A program made the translations under genes and the position numbers. Below the pieces are notes generated by a model. That model saw nothing but the letters and a program-made list of their open reading frames with translations, searched no databases and was not told the DNA's origin. From Mobula hypostoma (lineage: Eukaryota), in NCBI RefSeq assembly GCF_963921235.1, contig NC_086097.1, positions 90,274,001 through 90,338,000 of the forward strand: a DNA stretch of 64,000 bases. Reading direction: 5' to 3'. Positions 25,201-37,159 of this stretch are shown in pieces (positions within the stretch are counted from its first letter, which is position 1; each line of letters begins with the position of its first letter).

Positions 25201-26048
25201 GACATTGAAACCTATCGAATGGTGAAAGGTCTTGATAAAGTGGATGTAGAGAGGATGTTTCCTATGGTAGGAGAGTTTAGGACCAGAGGACAGAGCCTCC
25301 TGAATAGAGGGACGTACTTTTAGAACAGAGATGAGATGGAATTTCTTTATCCAGAGAGTGGTGAATCTGGAATTCTTTGCACAGGCAGCTGTGGAGGCTG
25401 TCTTTATGTATATTTAATACAGACATTGATAGATTCCTGATTGGTCAGGGCATGAAGAGATATAGGGAGAAAGCAGGAGATTGGAGCTGAGATGAAAATT
25501 GGATCAGCCATGATGAAATGGCAGAGCCAAATGGCCTAATTCTGCTCCTACATCTTATGGTCCTACTTCTACCTATGTAGAAGTTGTTGCTTGGTTGTGT
25601 AGATTACCTGTTCTCTCTTTCCAACAGGCAGCTTGTATTTTTGTTACATCAAAACCTTTTTTAAATATCCCCACGCCACTGCACAAGCTGGTTTATTGAA
25701 CTTTAATTCCTCATGACATTTGGGTGAATGACCAAAAATTAGGTGTTTTGGCTTCTAAAAATGTTTGTTGCCTCTCTATCAAAATGTTTAATTATACATT
25801 GTCCAGACAGCTAGTGTGTGCCATAGTGGAATAGAGCAGCCATGAGTTTAGGAGAAGACACTCCAGCTAACGTCACAACTAGCAGCTGTGGAGCAATAAA
25901 ATTGAGACCGCTCAAAAGGCCATATTTGAAGGAGAGCGGTTATCTCTGGGTTAAAGGACTAAGGCATTAAATTACTCATGAAAATGTCATGGAAATATTT
26001 CAAACCTGCACCATGGTGACAATTTTAATGTCAAGTAGTTGCATAATT

Positions 26049-26440
26049 TAAAGTTTAAAGTAAATTTATTATTAAAGTACATGTACGTCACCATGTACAA
26101 CCCAGAGAATAATTTTCTTGCAGGCATACTCAATAGATCTATAATTAGAATAATAACCATAATAGAATCAATAATGACTGCACCAACTTGGGCATTCAAG
26201 TAGTATGCAAGAGATAGCTGTGCAAATACAATAAATAAATAATAGAGAGTATGAGACGAAGAGTCCTTGAAAGTGAGTCCATAGTTTGTGGGAACTGTTC
26301 AGTGATGGGTGAGAAGGCATCTGCTCTAGTTCAAGAGCCTGATGGTTGAGGACTAGTAATTGTTCCTGATGCTGGTGGTGTGGGTCACGAGGCTCCTCTA
26401 CCACCTTCCTGATGGCAGCAATGAGAAGAGAACATGGCCT
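26049..26440 (-). mobile_element. Rex1/Babar-like LINE 3' fragment
   Basis: Reverse copy of the family whose 3' end occurs at 29200-29610. Confidence 0.7.
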
Positions 26441-26691
26441 AATGTGAGCTAATGTAAGTCACTGAGGGATGAGCAAGATTTGGAGATTTGCAGCATGAGT
26501 CCTAGTTTGTGGAAAGTATAGGTAGCCCTAAGTTATGAGGGAGAGGTTAAGTTGCAAGTAAAGGGCCTGTTTTCTAACTTATTTTCCATAGTAAAGCCAT
26601 GCACACATCAAGAAAAGCAAGTTAAAGAAAAATTTTCCCCCTTCTACCCCCCCTCCCCCACAAATTCGGGACAAACGTTATTGTTTCTCAG

Positions 26692-26774
26692 ATTTTTGCA
26701 GGATGGTGTCTATTCTGCAAGAATAAATTGCCATTACCTAACTGGCCATAGTATGGAGGAAATAATGAATGCAG
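26692..26774 (+). CDS. BUB1B: Candidate alternative BUB1B exon (12a)
   Basis: tttctcag|A...GCAG|gtgaac; open in phase 2 to 1 (FLQDGVYSARINCHYLTGHSMEEIMNA); no homology support. Confidence 0.35.
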
Positions 26775-26889
26775 GTGAACTTTTCATCTCCTCAGTGTTG
26801 TATTTATGTGTTGATCTTTTCAGATTTTTTAAAAATCTAATATTGTTTGAAATAATATTTGATTATTGATCCACTCCTGTTTTTGACAG

Positions 26890-26942
26890 ATTAAGTCAAG
26901 ACGAAATGAGACAGAAAACCCTGAATCTTTCAAATTACACAG
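26890..26942 (+). CDS. BUB1B: Probable BUB1B exon (~12, 53 nt)
   Basis: tttttgacag|A...ACAG|gtaaac; phase 2 to 1, LSQDEMRQKTLNLSNYT; size and phase resemble the short human exon 12 as recalled. Confidence 0.55.
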
Positions 26943-27649
26943 GTAAACATCAATTATTTTGATTTGTGTTTGTAAGTGTTAACCATATTTAAGCCAGCTG
27001 AATGTCACTTCAGACCAGGGCAGTTAAATTCCAATGGCTCTAGATCACACTCTGAATTTCCTCCCTCTGAATGGACTATTGATTTAATTTGCAAGGGTCT
27101 ATTTTAATGCTAATTGCAGTGAAATACCTTTAAAACTCTGCACTGGTTTGCACATTGATACTTCATGCTACAAGTCCAGTAACAAGATACTGAATTCTTA
27201 AACTATGGCAATAATAGGGAGATGGCAGCTCAGTTTGTTTCAGATCCTTGCAATCAGAAATGACCTGGAAAGCAACTTTTTTTTTGCATACCTAACTTTG
27301 TAAACTTGCTAATAAGTTTATTGCCAGCAATTGATTTTGTTTGAAAGATGTCAAATTATTTCAAATTATTTTATTTTGTTTTTAATTTGTTTCCAGATAG
27401 CCTAATAATCTTAAATTTTAAATGCTTTTAACAATCTGAGACCTTTAAGTATAGCTCAAGATTCAACACCAGCAAGTTATCAAAGGTTGTTCAGGGTTTT
27501 CTTGGGGTAGGACATCAGGATATGCAATTGTGTTCTGTTCATAATACAGAGCCTGCTCTGCCTTGTAATGGTTTATTTGAATGCAGTGGATCAGGTCGTT
27601 TCTACTCATTTGTAAAGATAAGTACAAGCATTTGTAGATCTAGCCAAAA

Positions 27650-28335
27650 CCATCTGCAGCATGATAGGATAACATTTAGCACAATTGCTTTACTGCGCCT
27701 GCAATCCGGGTTACATGTCCTGCCGCTGTCTGTAAGGAGTTTGTATGTTCTCCCCATGATCTTGTGGGTTTCCTCCCACTTTCCAATGATGTGCGAGTTG
27801 GAATGTAGAGAAGTACAGCACAACAACGGGCCCTGTGTTCAACTAATAAAATTAGTAATGAAGTGATCAACTAAATTAATTCCTTTTGTCTATACAATGT
27901 ACATGTCCCTCCGGTTTCCCTCATTCATGAGCCTATCTAAGTGTTCCTTGAAAGTCCCTAATGTATCTGCCTACCACCATCCCAGGCAGTGTATTCCAGG
28001 CACTTGGGGAAAAAGATGCTGCCTTTCTATTCTATCTATGCCTCTCATAATCTTATAGACCCCTGTCAGATCTCCTCTCAGCCTCTGCTGCTCCAGAGCA
28101 AACAACCCAAGTTTTTCCAACCTCTCATTATAGCACATGCCCTCTAATCCAGGTAGCATCCTGGTAAACCTCTCCAAAGCCTCAACATCTTGCCAATAAA
28201 GGGGCAAACAAAGCTGTATGCAGTATTGCAGATGTGGCCTATCTAGGGTGCTAGTAGGTTAATGGATCACAAGGGAGTAATTGGGCAACACATGCTCGTT
28301 GGGCTGGAAAGGTTGTCAGTAAATTGTATCTCTAA
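27650..28335. mobile_element. SINE (+) with nested CR1 3' fragment (-, ~27800-28245)
   Basis: gtaaggagtttgtatgttctcccc SINE core; minus ORF ALERFTRMLPGL...RGDL. Confidence 0.75.
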
Positions 28336-28337
28336 AC

Positions 28338-28526
28338 CAGGGGTTCCCAACCAGTGGTCCATGGACCCCCCCCCCCCTTGGTTAATGGTAAGGTTCCGTG
28401 GCATAAAAAAGGTTGGGAACCCCTGCAAATCTGATGAGCTAGATCTACCCCTGGGGCCCCAATCTGGTCCATGGCCCCCTGGTTAATAGTAGGGCTCTAT
28501 GGCATAAAAATGGTAGGGAACCCCTG
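28338..28526. mobile_element. Two tandem ~85-bp hAT (Charlie-like) MITEs
   Basis: Perfect 15-bp TIR caggggttcccaacc / ggttgggaacccctg at 28338-28425; degraded second copy ending 28526. Confidence 0.8.
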
Positions 28527-28619
28527 TTCTAACCTCATGCCCATTCATTCTCCATCATTAATATCCTTTCCTGAAATTCAAGAATAAGTTGTCTTTCCTT
28601 GGTGTATGTACTCATATGC

Positions 28620-29615
28620 TGCTCTGTTCACTGTACACTTATGACGGTGTGGCTAAGCACAACTCCAATATCATATTCGAGTTTGCTGATGACACCTTAG
28701 GCTGAATCAAAGGTGGTGATGAATCAGCATATAGGAGGGAGATTGGAAATCTGGTTGAATGGTGCCACACAAACAACCTCTTGTTCAATGTCAGCAAGAA
28801 CAAGGAGTTGATTGATTATTGACTTCAGGAGGAGGAAGCCAGAGGCCCATGAGCCTGTCCTTATCTGAGGAGGAGAGCAGCCTTAAATTCTTTAGTGTTA
28901 TCATTCCAGAGGACCTGTCCTGAGTCCAGTATGTAAGTGCAATTGCAAAGAAAGCACAGCAGCACCTCTACTTAGGAGTTTGCAAAGATCTTATGCCGAA
29001 TATAATATTTTGACAAACTTCTATAGATGTGTGGTGGAGAGAATATTGACTGGCTGCATCACAGCCCTAGGATAGAAACACCAATGCTCTTGAACAGCAA
29101 ATCCTACAAAAGCTGTGGATATGGCCTGGTCCATCACAAGTAAAGCCCTCCCCGCCATTGAGCACATCTACACAGAGCATTGTCTCGGGAAAAGCAGCAC
29201 CCATCATCGGGGAGTCCTACCACCCAGGTCATGTTCTCTTCTCACTGCTGCCATCTGGAAGAATGTACAGGAGTCTCAGAACTCACACCACCAGGTGCAG
29301 GAACAATTACAACCCCTCAACCCATCAGGCTCTTGAACCAAATGGGACAACTTCACTCAACTTCACTTGGCCTATCATTGAAATGGACTTGCTTTCAAGG
29401 ACTGTTCAGCTCATGTTCTCTATTTATTGGTTTTATTTTTTTTTGTATTTACACAGCTATCTTTTGCATACTGGTTGAACCCCCATGTTAGTGCAGTCAT
29501 TGTTGATTCTGTTATGTTTATTATTTTATGGATTTGAGTATGTCTGCAAGTAAATGAATCTTGGGGTTGTATATGGTGACATATATGTCCTTTGATAATA
29601 AATTTACTTTGAATG
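28620..29615 (+). mobile_element. Rex1/Babar-like LINE 3' fragment
   Basis: FADD remnant, HPGHVLFSLLPSGR motif, AATAAA tail. Confidence 0.8.
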
Positions 29616-29647
29616 AATAAAATACTGCATGTAATGGAGTACTTTTA

Positions 29648-30105
29648 AGACCATAAGGCAGGAGTAGAATTAGGCCATTTGGCCTATTGAGTCTGTTCCA
29701 CCATTCCATCATGGTTCATTTATTAACCCTCTCAATCCCATTCACCTGCCTACTCCCCAATACCCTTTCTAATCAAGAGCCTATCAACCTCCACTTTATA
29801 TACCCAATGTCTTGGCCTCTTCAGCAATCTATAGTAATGACTTCCAAAGATTAACCAATCTCTGGCTAAAGAAATTCCTCAACTTTTTTCTAAAGGGATA
29901 TCCTAACATGAGGCTCTGCGTTCTGGTTCTAGATTTCCCCCACTTTAGGAAATGTCGTCTCTGTCCACTCTAGATAGGCCTTTCAGCATTCAATATATTT
30001 TAATGAGATCCACCCTCATCTGTCTAAACTCCAACAAGTAGAGACCTAGAGCCATCAAATGCTCATCATATGTTAACTTTCATTCCTGGGATCATTCTTG
30101 TTGAA
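29648..30105 (-). mobile_element. CR1 3' fragment
   Basis: agaccataag...ggagtagaattaggccatt reverse tail; decayed RT C-terminus. Confidence 0.8.
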
Positions 30106-31296
30106 ACTGCCTAGATCTCCTCAGGATATAGTTTTCTCAATGGCATAGGCTGCTTATAGAACACATTTTAAAAGTTTAAGTTTACTTTTAATCTACATCT
30201 TCTGACCAGTAGCTGCTCACTGAATGTATTTGGTTAACAGGTGCTTGCATGGAAGGTGCTCAACCAAATGTTTTGGTGGAGGTACTTAGTTCATCAGCAA
30301 ATCACAGTTTACAGCATGTACAGCCATCAGCAACTGTCGGTACCGGAGAGGCTTTGGGTGAGAATAATGGCAGCATCTCTTGATATAATTAATTTGATTG
30401 GGTCTTACTTTGGCAGTGTTGTGAATTTAACGATTTATACTCCACCTGAGTCTGATCTAGATGCAACAATCATTTAGTCAGTCACTACAAGAGGGATAAA
30501 TGCCTCTCACCACCTTGGGTTACAGTACCAAAGATCATGATTAAACCCAGGTCACTGGAGTGTGCAGCAGCAACACTACTAACTGAAGAGATCATTAGTG
30601 GGGTGGGGGAGGCACGAATGCAAGAGGGAGGGGGGTGCCCACAGGCTTGGATTAATGGCCCACAGTCACTTTCCTTTGCTTCCGGTATGAATCCAGCTAT
30701 GTATATTATTTCCCTTTGTCCTTTGGCTTCAGTTTTATCAGCATATGTCAATGTTTGCATTGTGAAGGTGGCATTATCTCCACAAAGACTGTATGGTAGT
30801 CACTTCTACCAATGCTGTCACAAGTGCATTTGTCACAGGTGTTTACAATGAGATTAAGTAGGTTTATCCTCAAGCTGGTTCATTCACAATCTGCCACAAA
30901 CCCAGTCTGGACTTCTTGCTGTACCCTTCATGACTGACAGCTATGTTAGTTACCAAGCCATTCTTAATGGAGATTGTAGTCACTCACCCATGATAGTGTT
31001 TTAGATCATTAGTTACCATTGCAAAAAAGAGCAATTGTATTTGAGTGATTTCCCCCCCGCCCCCCCCCAAAAAAGAAATCTTATTGAAAATCCAGCCCAT
31101 AGTGGTGGCAGCTGACCTCTTTAATGCAGAAGGTTTGAAATAAAGATTCTTGCCATGTCAGCATGATGCCATCCTATTCCCTTCTGTGGCAATAGGAAAA
31201 GTTCAGACAGATTAGAAAATGTTGAAGTCAATTTTAATGTGATGGGGGGGGTGTCAAATCTGTTTCTTTCATTAAAATCACACTTTTTTAGTGCAG

Positions 31297-31431
31297 ATGT
31301 CATAACTGATATATTCCATGCACCAGTTACTTGCTCACAAGAGAGTGGAAATCTGTTTGAGGTTCTGAGTGCTGAGCCTAGTGTTTGTGATAAAGATAAC
31401 CTGGCATATGAAGCTCAGTTCACGAAAAATG
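31297..31431 (+). CDS. BUB1B: Probable additional BUB1B linker exon
   Basis: Open frame DVITDIFHAPVTCSQESGNLFEVLSAEPSVCDKDNLAYEAQFTKN; strong donor gtaaga; tandem acceptors giving starts 31292 or 31297. Confidence 0.65.
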
Positions 31432-32230
31432 GTAAGAATTCAGAACTTGGTCAGATCTGGCAAAATCCTATGTTGGATTGCTAAGTAGCACTATTGGGTT
31501 GTAAACTCTTCTGAGCTCACTTGAGATTTTTGACTGTATTCCTTTTATGAGTGAAGTAATGCAAGGATATAATTTTCTTTTATTACTAACCACCTGAGCA
31601 GCCGTATTGGAATTTAATTTTGGCTTACCACCTGCTACATTCTGATGTATTCAAGTTAATTGTAAAATATTTTGCTGTGGAGTTGGGTGGAGGGTGTGGA
31701 TTTGGGTTCCCATCTTTCTAGAAACCAAACTAGGTTTCACATAGTATGTTTGTAAAGTCTTACTGTGAGGATGCTTCAAGTTAGTTTAGTAGTTTGAATT
31801 TGATTACAGTAAAGCTCCATTAACTATTCACACATGGGATTTTAGTGGCAGATAACCTTTTTCTCTCAATACTCAAGCACTTTTTTTTTACACAAATGTT
31901 GTACAGCAGAATAATTTTCCATTGAGTTTAGTGCTACCCCTTGTTAATTGAAAGACAGCATGGAAGCGGGGCTCCAGTTAATGTAAATAAGTTCAAGAAG
32001 CCTCACCCAGTAATCCGATAGGGGCTTATTAGGGTTGTACTGAATGAAAAGGTTACAGATTTTAATGTATCCCCTTAAGTTGGCTTGACATGTTTGTTAT
32101 AAAAATTCCTTAAACCTGAAGGAGCAACCTAATGCTCTTGAAGAGATCATTACCTCTTTAGCAAATTTATAATAATATACTTCGAACAGCATGGTAGAGG
32201 GACGTAATGTAATGCCATTTCTCTTTGTAG

Positions 32231-32339
32231 CCAACAAAAACACTCCACCAATGCCTTCAATTTTCTTTGGATTGCCACCTACACCAGTACCTTTCACGAT
32301 ATTTGATGAGAATGCAGATGTTGAAGACCAGGAAAACAA
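32231..32339 (+). CDS. BUB1B: BUB1B exon (~13), ABBA3/Phe box (FTIFDE)
   Basis: tttgtag acceptor; ...PTPVPFTIFDENADVEDQEN; donor gtgagt; phase 1 to 2. Confidence 0.92.
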
Positions 32340-33054
32340 GTGAGTCTCTGTAGAAAATGTAGCAATTTTAATGGTAATCATCTCCTTTCATTATTAGTCT
32401 TGCAAAGTTTGCTAGGCATAATGAGCATGGTTCTTTTCATTTCATTCCATATTAACATTTGCAATACTGTTTTTACTTCACATCCTTAACACTTTTAAAG
32501 TTAAATTCATTGCAACTTGCTCCAACTATAAAACCTTTTGTCACCTGTTCTAATATCTATTGTTATATTGTCAAATTGTACAAGTATTTTTGAATTATTT
32601 TGTTAATACAATTTTGGTTACACTCTCCTCCAGATTTTCGAAGTTGAGTTGCTTTGTTTTGCATTCAATAATGACCCCACTGACTCAAAACATCTGCTGT
32701 TTTGGGTAGTGATTGTTGCATTTCATGATGGCTTTTGATTTTTTCCCCAGACTTTCCTTCATGTATTTGATAATTGCACACTGATTTGTCTCATTTTTAT
32801 CTTTAAAACGGAGCATGATTTCTGATGCTTTTTTAACTTAAAAAAATTAAACTGCCACCTGTATTTTGTGTTGGAAACAGTAGCCTTGTTTTGATTTTTG
32901 GTTTGCATTATTCTTTTAAATTTATTTCTTTTATTTTTTTTAAAAGAAAGGTTCTGTTTCCACACCTTGTTTCACTTGATCCAGCACCTTTCCCCAATTT
33001 TTTTTTCTTGATTTCTAATTTCTCCATTGCCTTATCCCTGACTACCTTAGTGAC

Positions 33055-33395
33055 CTGTGTCCCACTCTCGTCAGGGAGCAGGCTTAGTATCATCCACAGC
33101 AGGAGCACCAGACTCAAAAACAGTTACTTTTCTCAAGCAGCGAAGCCAATCAACATCTCTACCTAGTAACCCCTCCATTTCTTTAATATTTCCTGTCAAC
33201 CACCTTTTGTACAGCCTAGCATCACTTAACTACCATCTATGTTATCATGTGTATTTATATTTATTGTGTTTTTTTTTACTTTTTATGTGCTTTATTTTTT
33301 GGTGTTTTATTTTGTTCTGCATCAGATCCAGAGTACCGATTATTCTCCTTTACACTTGTGTACAGGAAATGACATTAAACAATTTTAATCACGAA
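33055..33395 (+). mobile_element. Rex1/Babar-like 3' fragment
   Basis: PLSSGSRL..IHSRSTRLKNSYF motif. Confidence 0.65.
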
Positions 33396-33908
33396 TTATC
33401 TTGGTTCCAGACTTCTTTAATATAGGACTGAGGTTACTATTCTTGTTGGCGGAAGTACCAATTGGTTTGCCCCTCACCGAGCACGTGCAGTTGCAGCAAC
33501 TGAATAATTGTATTTTTCATTTACATCAGATTCTATAACTAAACTGCATGTACTGTTGTGACAGTGTGAACTACTTCACTTCCATAACACCTGTCCAGTA
33601 GAGAGTGACAGTAGTTTGCATGAGATACTATTGTACATGCCCTTTTTAAATTTCTCTATCCCTTTTCTAGCTAAATTGCCGGGATCAAATCTGTGCTGCT
33701 GTTGTTGAGGTTAACTGAACTGCTAACTATCTGAGATCTTACTTGAACAATCTAAAGTAAATTCAATGACCAGAGAAGTTCCTTAAATATTTTCCCGGCA
33801 CATTTCTTTGATGTTTGATTCTACAAATAGATCTTATTGTAGCAATTTAAATTACTGCCAGAAGTTCAGAAATGCTTATAGAGAATTCTGATTTCACTTT
33901 TGCTTAAG

Positions 33909-34011
33909 ACCACCTGCAGACTACTTGAAAAAGAGACCTCACTGGCCACTTTCTGGAATCCTTGTACCTTCCAAGCATGTCCTAACTGAGGGGACCTGTG
34001 GTGCTGAATGT
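33909..34011 (+). CDS. BUB1B: BUB1B exon (~14), D-box 2 region
   Basis: PPADYLKKRPHWPLSGILVPSK...GAEC; donor gtaagt; phase 2 to 0. Confidence 0.9.
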
Positions 34012-34799
34012 GTAAGTAATTATGTACAACTTTTAATATTAAAACATTTTAATTTGCTGTATAGTTGTCTCTGTATTTGGAACCTACTGAAGCAAAGTAG
34101 AAAAACACAATTTTACCACTTACTACAACAAGAAAAAGGCAAGAATTAGATTGAAGAAGTTAAGTTTTCTACGAAGGCAATAAAAGATTGAAAGGAAACT
34201 TCACACATTTTTGAGGTTTTTATGAAAGAAAAAAGAAACAATTTCCGTTGATGAAACAGTATCCTCTAATAATTTAGAAGTAATGTTGAAAGAATCAGAA
34301 GGGGAAACATTAAGCCAATAAGTTTTGATTTGAATGTAGCCTGAAGCAGTTTCTATAGTAACATTCAAAAGAAGTTGAAGAGTGGCGTTAAGGGATTGAT
34401 TGAATAACTTTAAAAGATCCAGTGTTAACGAAGTGGGTAAATATCAAACTATTCATAAGATTGATTATTGTATCTTTTTCCTCTGACACTATTCAGTGGG
34501 GTGATCTTAAAATTCTGCCCTTGCTATCTTTATAATAAAATCTCGCAGATCTGGAGCAATCTGGATCTGATGATATTCTCTCATTTGCTGATTTGTGAAT
34601 TACTGAAGTCAAGACTCATTATTTGAACATTTTGGTTTCTGAAATTCATTATCTGCTGCATTGAAGGCATTCGTCTTGGAAAATACTGTTATTCAATTTT
34701 CCCTTAAGGTAGATCACAGCAATTGGTAGACATAGCCAATTTTAGCTGAGATTTAAGAAGTTATTGGTGCATTGGAGTATCTAAGCATATGTCTTAACT

Positions 34800-35000
34800 G
34801 ACAAAGTGCCGGAGGAACTCAGCAGTTCAGGCAGCGTCGATGGAGGGGAATAAACAATCAGTGCTATAGGCTGATGAAAGGTCTTGGCTCAATGTCAACT
34901 GTTTCTTCCTCTTTGTAGGTGCTGCCTGATCTGTTGGGTTCCTCCAACATTTTATGTGTGTTGCTTCATACTTTCAACATTTGCAGAAACTCGTGTTTAT
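34800..35000. mobile_element. Degenerate palindromic Penelope-derived element
   Basis: Imperfect inverted arms around ctgatgaaaggtcttggc; related to 41742-41931. Confidence 0.7.
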
Positions 35001-35055
35001 ATATGCCTTAATTGTGTACCTGGTCACATAATAATGTTATTTTGTTTTTTGGAAG

Positions 35056-35327
35056 GATGATTTGGATGGCATTGAACCTATTAATGAGGATCACTTTGAG
35101 AGTAATGACTATCCAAACAAAACATTTGGTCCATTTCCTGAAAATACATGTGACTTCTCCAGAGGAGCACATTTGGTCTCTACTCCTTTTCACCAAAACC
35201 CTCTGAATGATAACCAAAACAAGTTAATCAAATGGATCCCCGTTGAAGCTACTAAAAATGCTCTAAGTTCGTTGACACCCCTCAAAGAGTCCATGTTCGA
35301 CCCACCTCTGCATATGAAGAAACTGAG
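35056..35327 (+). CDS. BUB1B: BUB1B exon (~15), PLK1-docking STP and start of KARD
   Basis: DDLDGIEPINED...PENTCDFSRGAHLVSTPFH...KKL; STP at 35179-35187; donor gtaaag. Confidence 0.95.
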
Positions 35328-35847
35328 GTAAAGTTTTGCTTAAAGCCACTAACTTTCTGACCATTTCATTAATGGTGTATAGCTCTCTAAATATTGCTAC
35401 TAGTGATAGGTTCATCAGGGCTGGGATCAAAATTTAAGCATAACTAAAATATATTTTTAACCCATTTGAACATAAATACTTTCTTTGGATGAATGACAAT
35501 AATGCATTCTTCTTGGTGACTGCTTGACTGTTGGTTTGTTTGTTTTTTTTTTGCAGCAATTTTATATACTCTGGGCATAAAGCTTCCAGTGCAGTCATTG
35601 AAATGTAAAACATTCAGCTAATCATCCCAAAAACTGAGCCATGTAGGTTGCTCTCATTACCTGTATGTAGCCTTGTCAGTCTTAAGCCTTGAATTTTGTT
35701 AAGGGCTTATGCATCTGCCACCCTTCCAGGCACTGAGTGTTGAATCTTGTGACTAGGGCAAGATGAAAATGATCTTTTTAATACTTATGCCAAATAACTT
35801 GTGTCCCATTGTTTGCCTTACCTGGCCTGTTTTAATTTTATTAGATT

Positions 35848-36098
35848 AAAGTCTGTCATGAGCCTTGCAGCCCATCAGGCTGGTGCTTATGCCAGTTTCC
35901 GTGGTGTGACGCGACTGAGAGTCCGAGACACTCTCCCCCCCCCCCCGGATAGGACCGCCGGTCTATCGCGAGGTTAACCCCCAGCATTTTTGCTGGTACC
36001 CATTCTCAGCTGGCTACAGCATTGTGCGGTTAAGTGCCTTGCTCGAGGACACACCTGCTACCTTGGCCGGGGCTCGAACCCACGACCTTCAGGTCGCT
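35848..36098 (-). mobile_element. tRNA-derived MetaSINE-like element, 5'-truncated
   Basis: B box ggttcgagcc on minus strand; homologous to 54346-54656. Confidence 0.8.
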
Positions 36099-36615
36099 CG
36101 AACCTCTTTTAACTTGATACCTATTTATTGCATCTGTCCTTTATTCCAGAAAGAGCTACTCAGCCTAGTTAATCTCTTTCCATTCTCTAGTGCAGGTAGC
36201 ATCTTCCTAACATTCTCATAGTGTGATAATTGGAGCACAATGTTTAATTATGACCTAACTAGTGTTTCATGCATCTCTAGCATGACATCTTTGACCTAGT
36301 ATTCTATGCCTTCTCCATCTGCCCTTATACTGCCTTAACCATCTTTCCTCTATTCTATTTCAGTGATCTGTAAACATTCCTCCTTGTTTAGCAACATTTC
36401 CCTGGCAGCTTATCTTCTTATCATGCATTCCCTTTTATTTTTGCTCTTTGTCCTTCAAGAATTAATCTAAATTATTGTTTTTGTGCCCACTAGCAAATTC
36501 ACTAATGCCTTGTAACAGTGTAAACATTACTCTTCACTATCAATCACTTTCAGTTTTGGTACTTGTACCAAACAGTTATACTCACTGCCCTGCCCTTCAA
36601 GTCCAAGGATATGTA

Positions 36616-37151
36616 CAGTACTGTGCAAAAGTCTTTGGCATATATATACTGTAGCTAAGGTGTCTAAGACTTCTGCCCAATATTGTAATTTTATATATTG
36701 CACTGTACTGTTGCTGCTGGAAAAAAAATTCATGACTTGTGTGAGTGATGAAACCTGATTCTAATATTGGTCTCTGTTGTGAACTGCGAGTGGAACGGGG
36801 GCAAGGAGAGGAGAATCATGGTTGGGAAAAGGAGAGGGCGGGGAGAGTGGGAAGTACCAGAGAGACATTCTGTAATTATCAATTAATCAATAGTTTAGAA
36901 TCACATGACCTTGCTTGGTGTCTCAGGGCTGGGTGTGTCTGCACTTGCACCACTAGCACCATCGCCCCTGGCACTCCTGTCACCTGTCCCACAGGCTTCC
37001 CACGGCACCTGACCATTGCCATTCCCAACATACTTTGCTGTCGCTAGATTTACAAACTCTCTCTCCGCTCCATATTGACAAATATAGTACTATGCAAACA
37101 CCTTGGGCACCCTAGCTATATACGGGTGCCTAAGACTTTTGCTCAGTACTG
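36616..37151. mobile_element. Tc1/mariner-type composite MITE
   Basis: TA-flanked TIR cagtactgtgcaaaagtctt; two ~70-bp palindromic units (36616-36685, 37085-37151) bracket ~400 bp. Confidence 0.75.
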
Positions 37152-37159
37152 TATATCAT

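Larger units (their letters stand above)
13594..25565 (+). mobile_element. Old near-full-length CR1 LINE, split into 13594-14755, 19156-19974 and 23633-25565 by nested insertions
   Basis: Decayed ORF1 esterase (DALHLN), endonuclease and RT segments resume exactly across the insertions; tail cttatggtc. Confidence 0.88.

Noticed and set aside
25610..25700. Strong acceptor-like site ttctctctttccaacag ending at 25627
   Set aside because: The frame required by the upstream exon hits TAA within 12 codons and there is no good donor.
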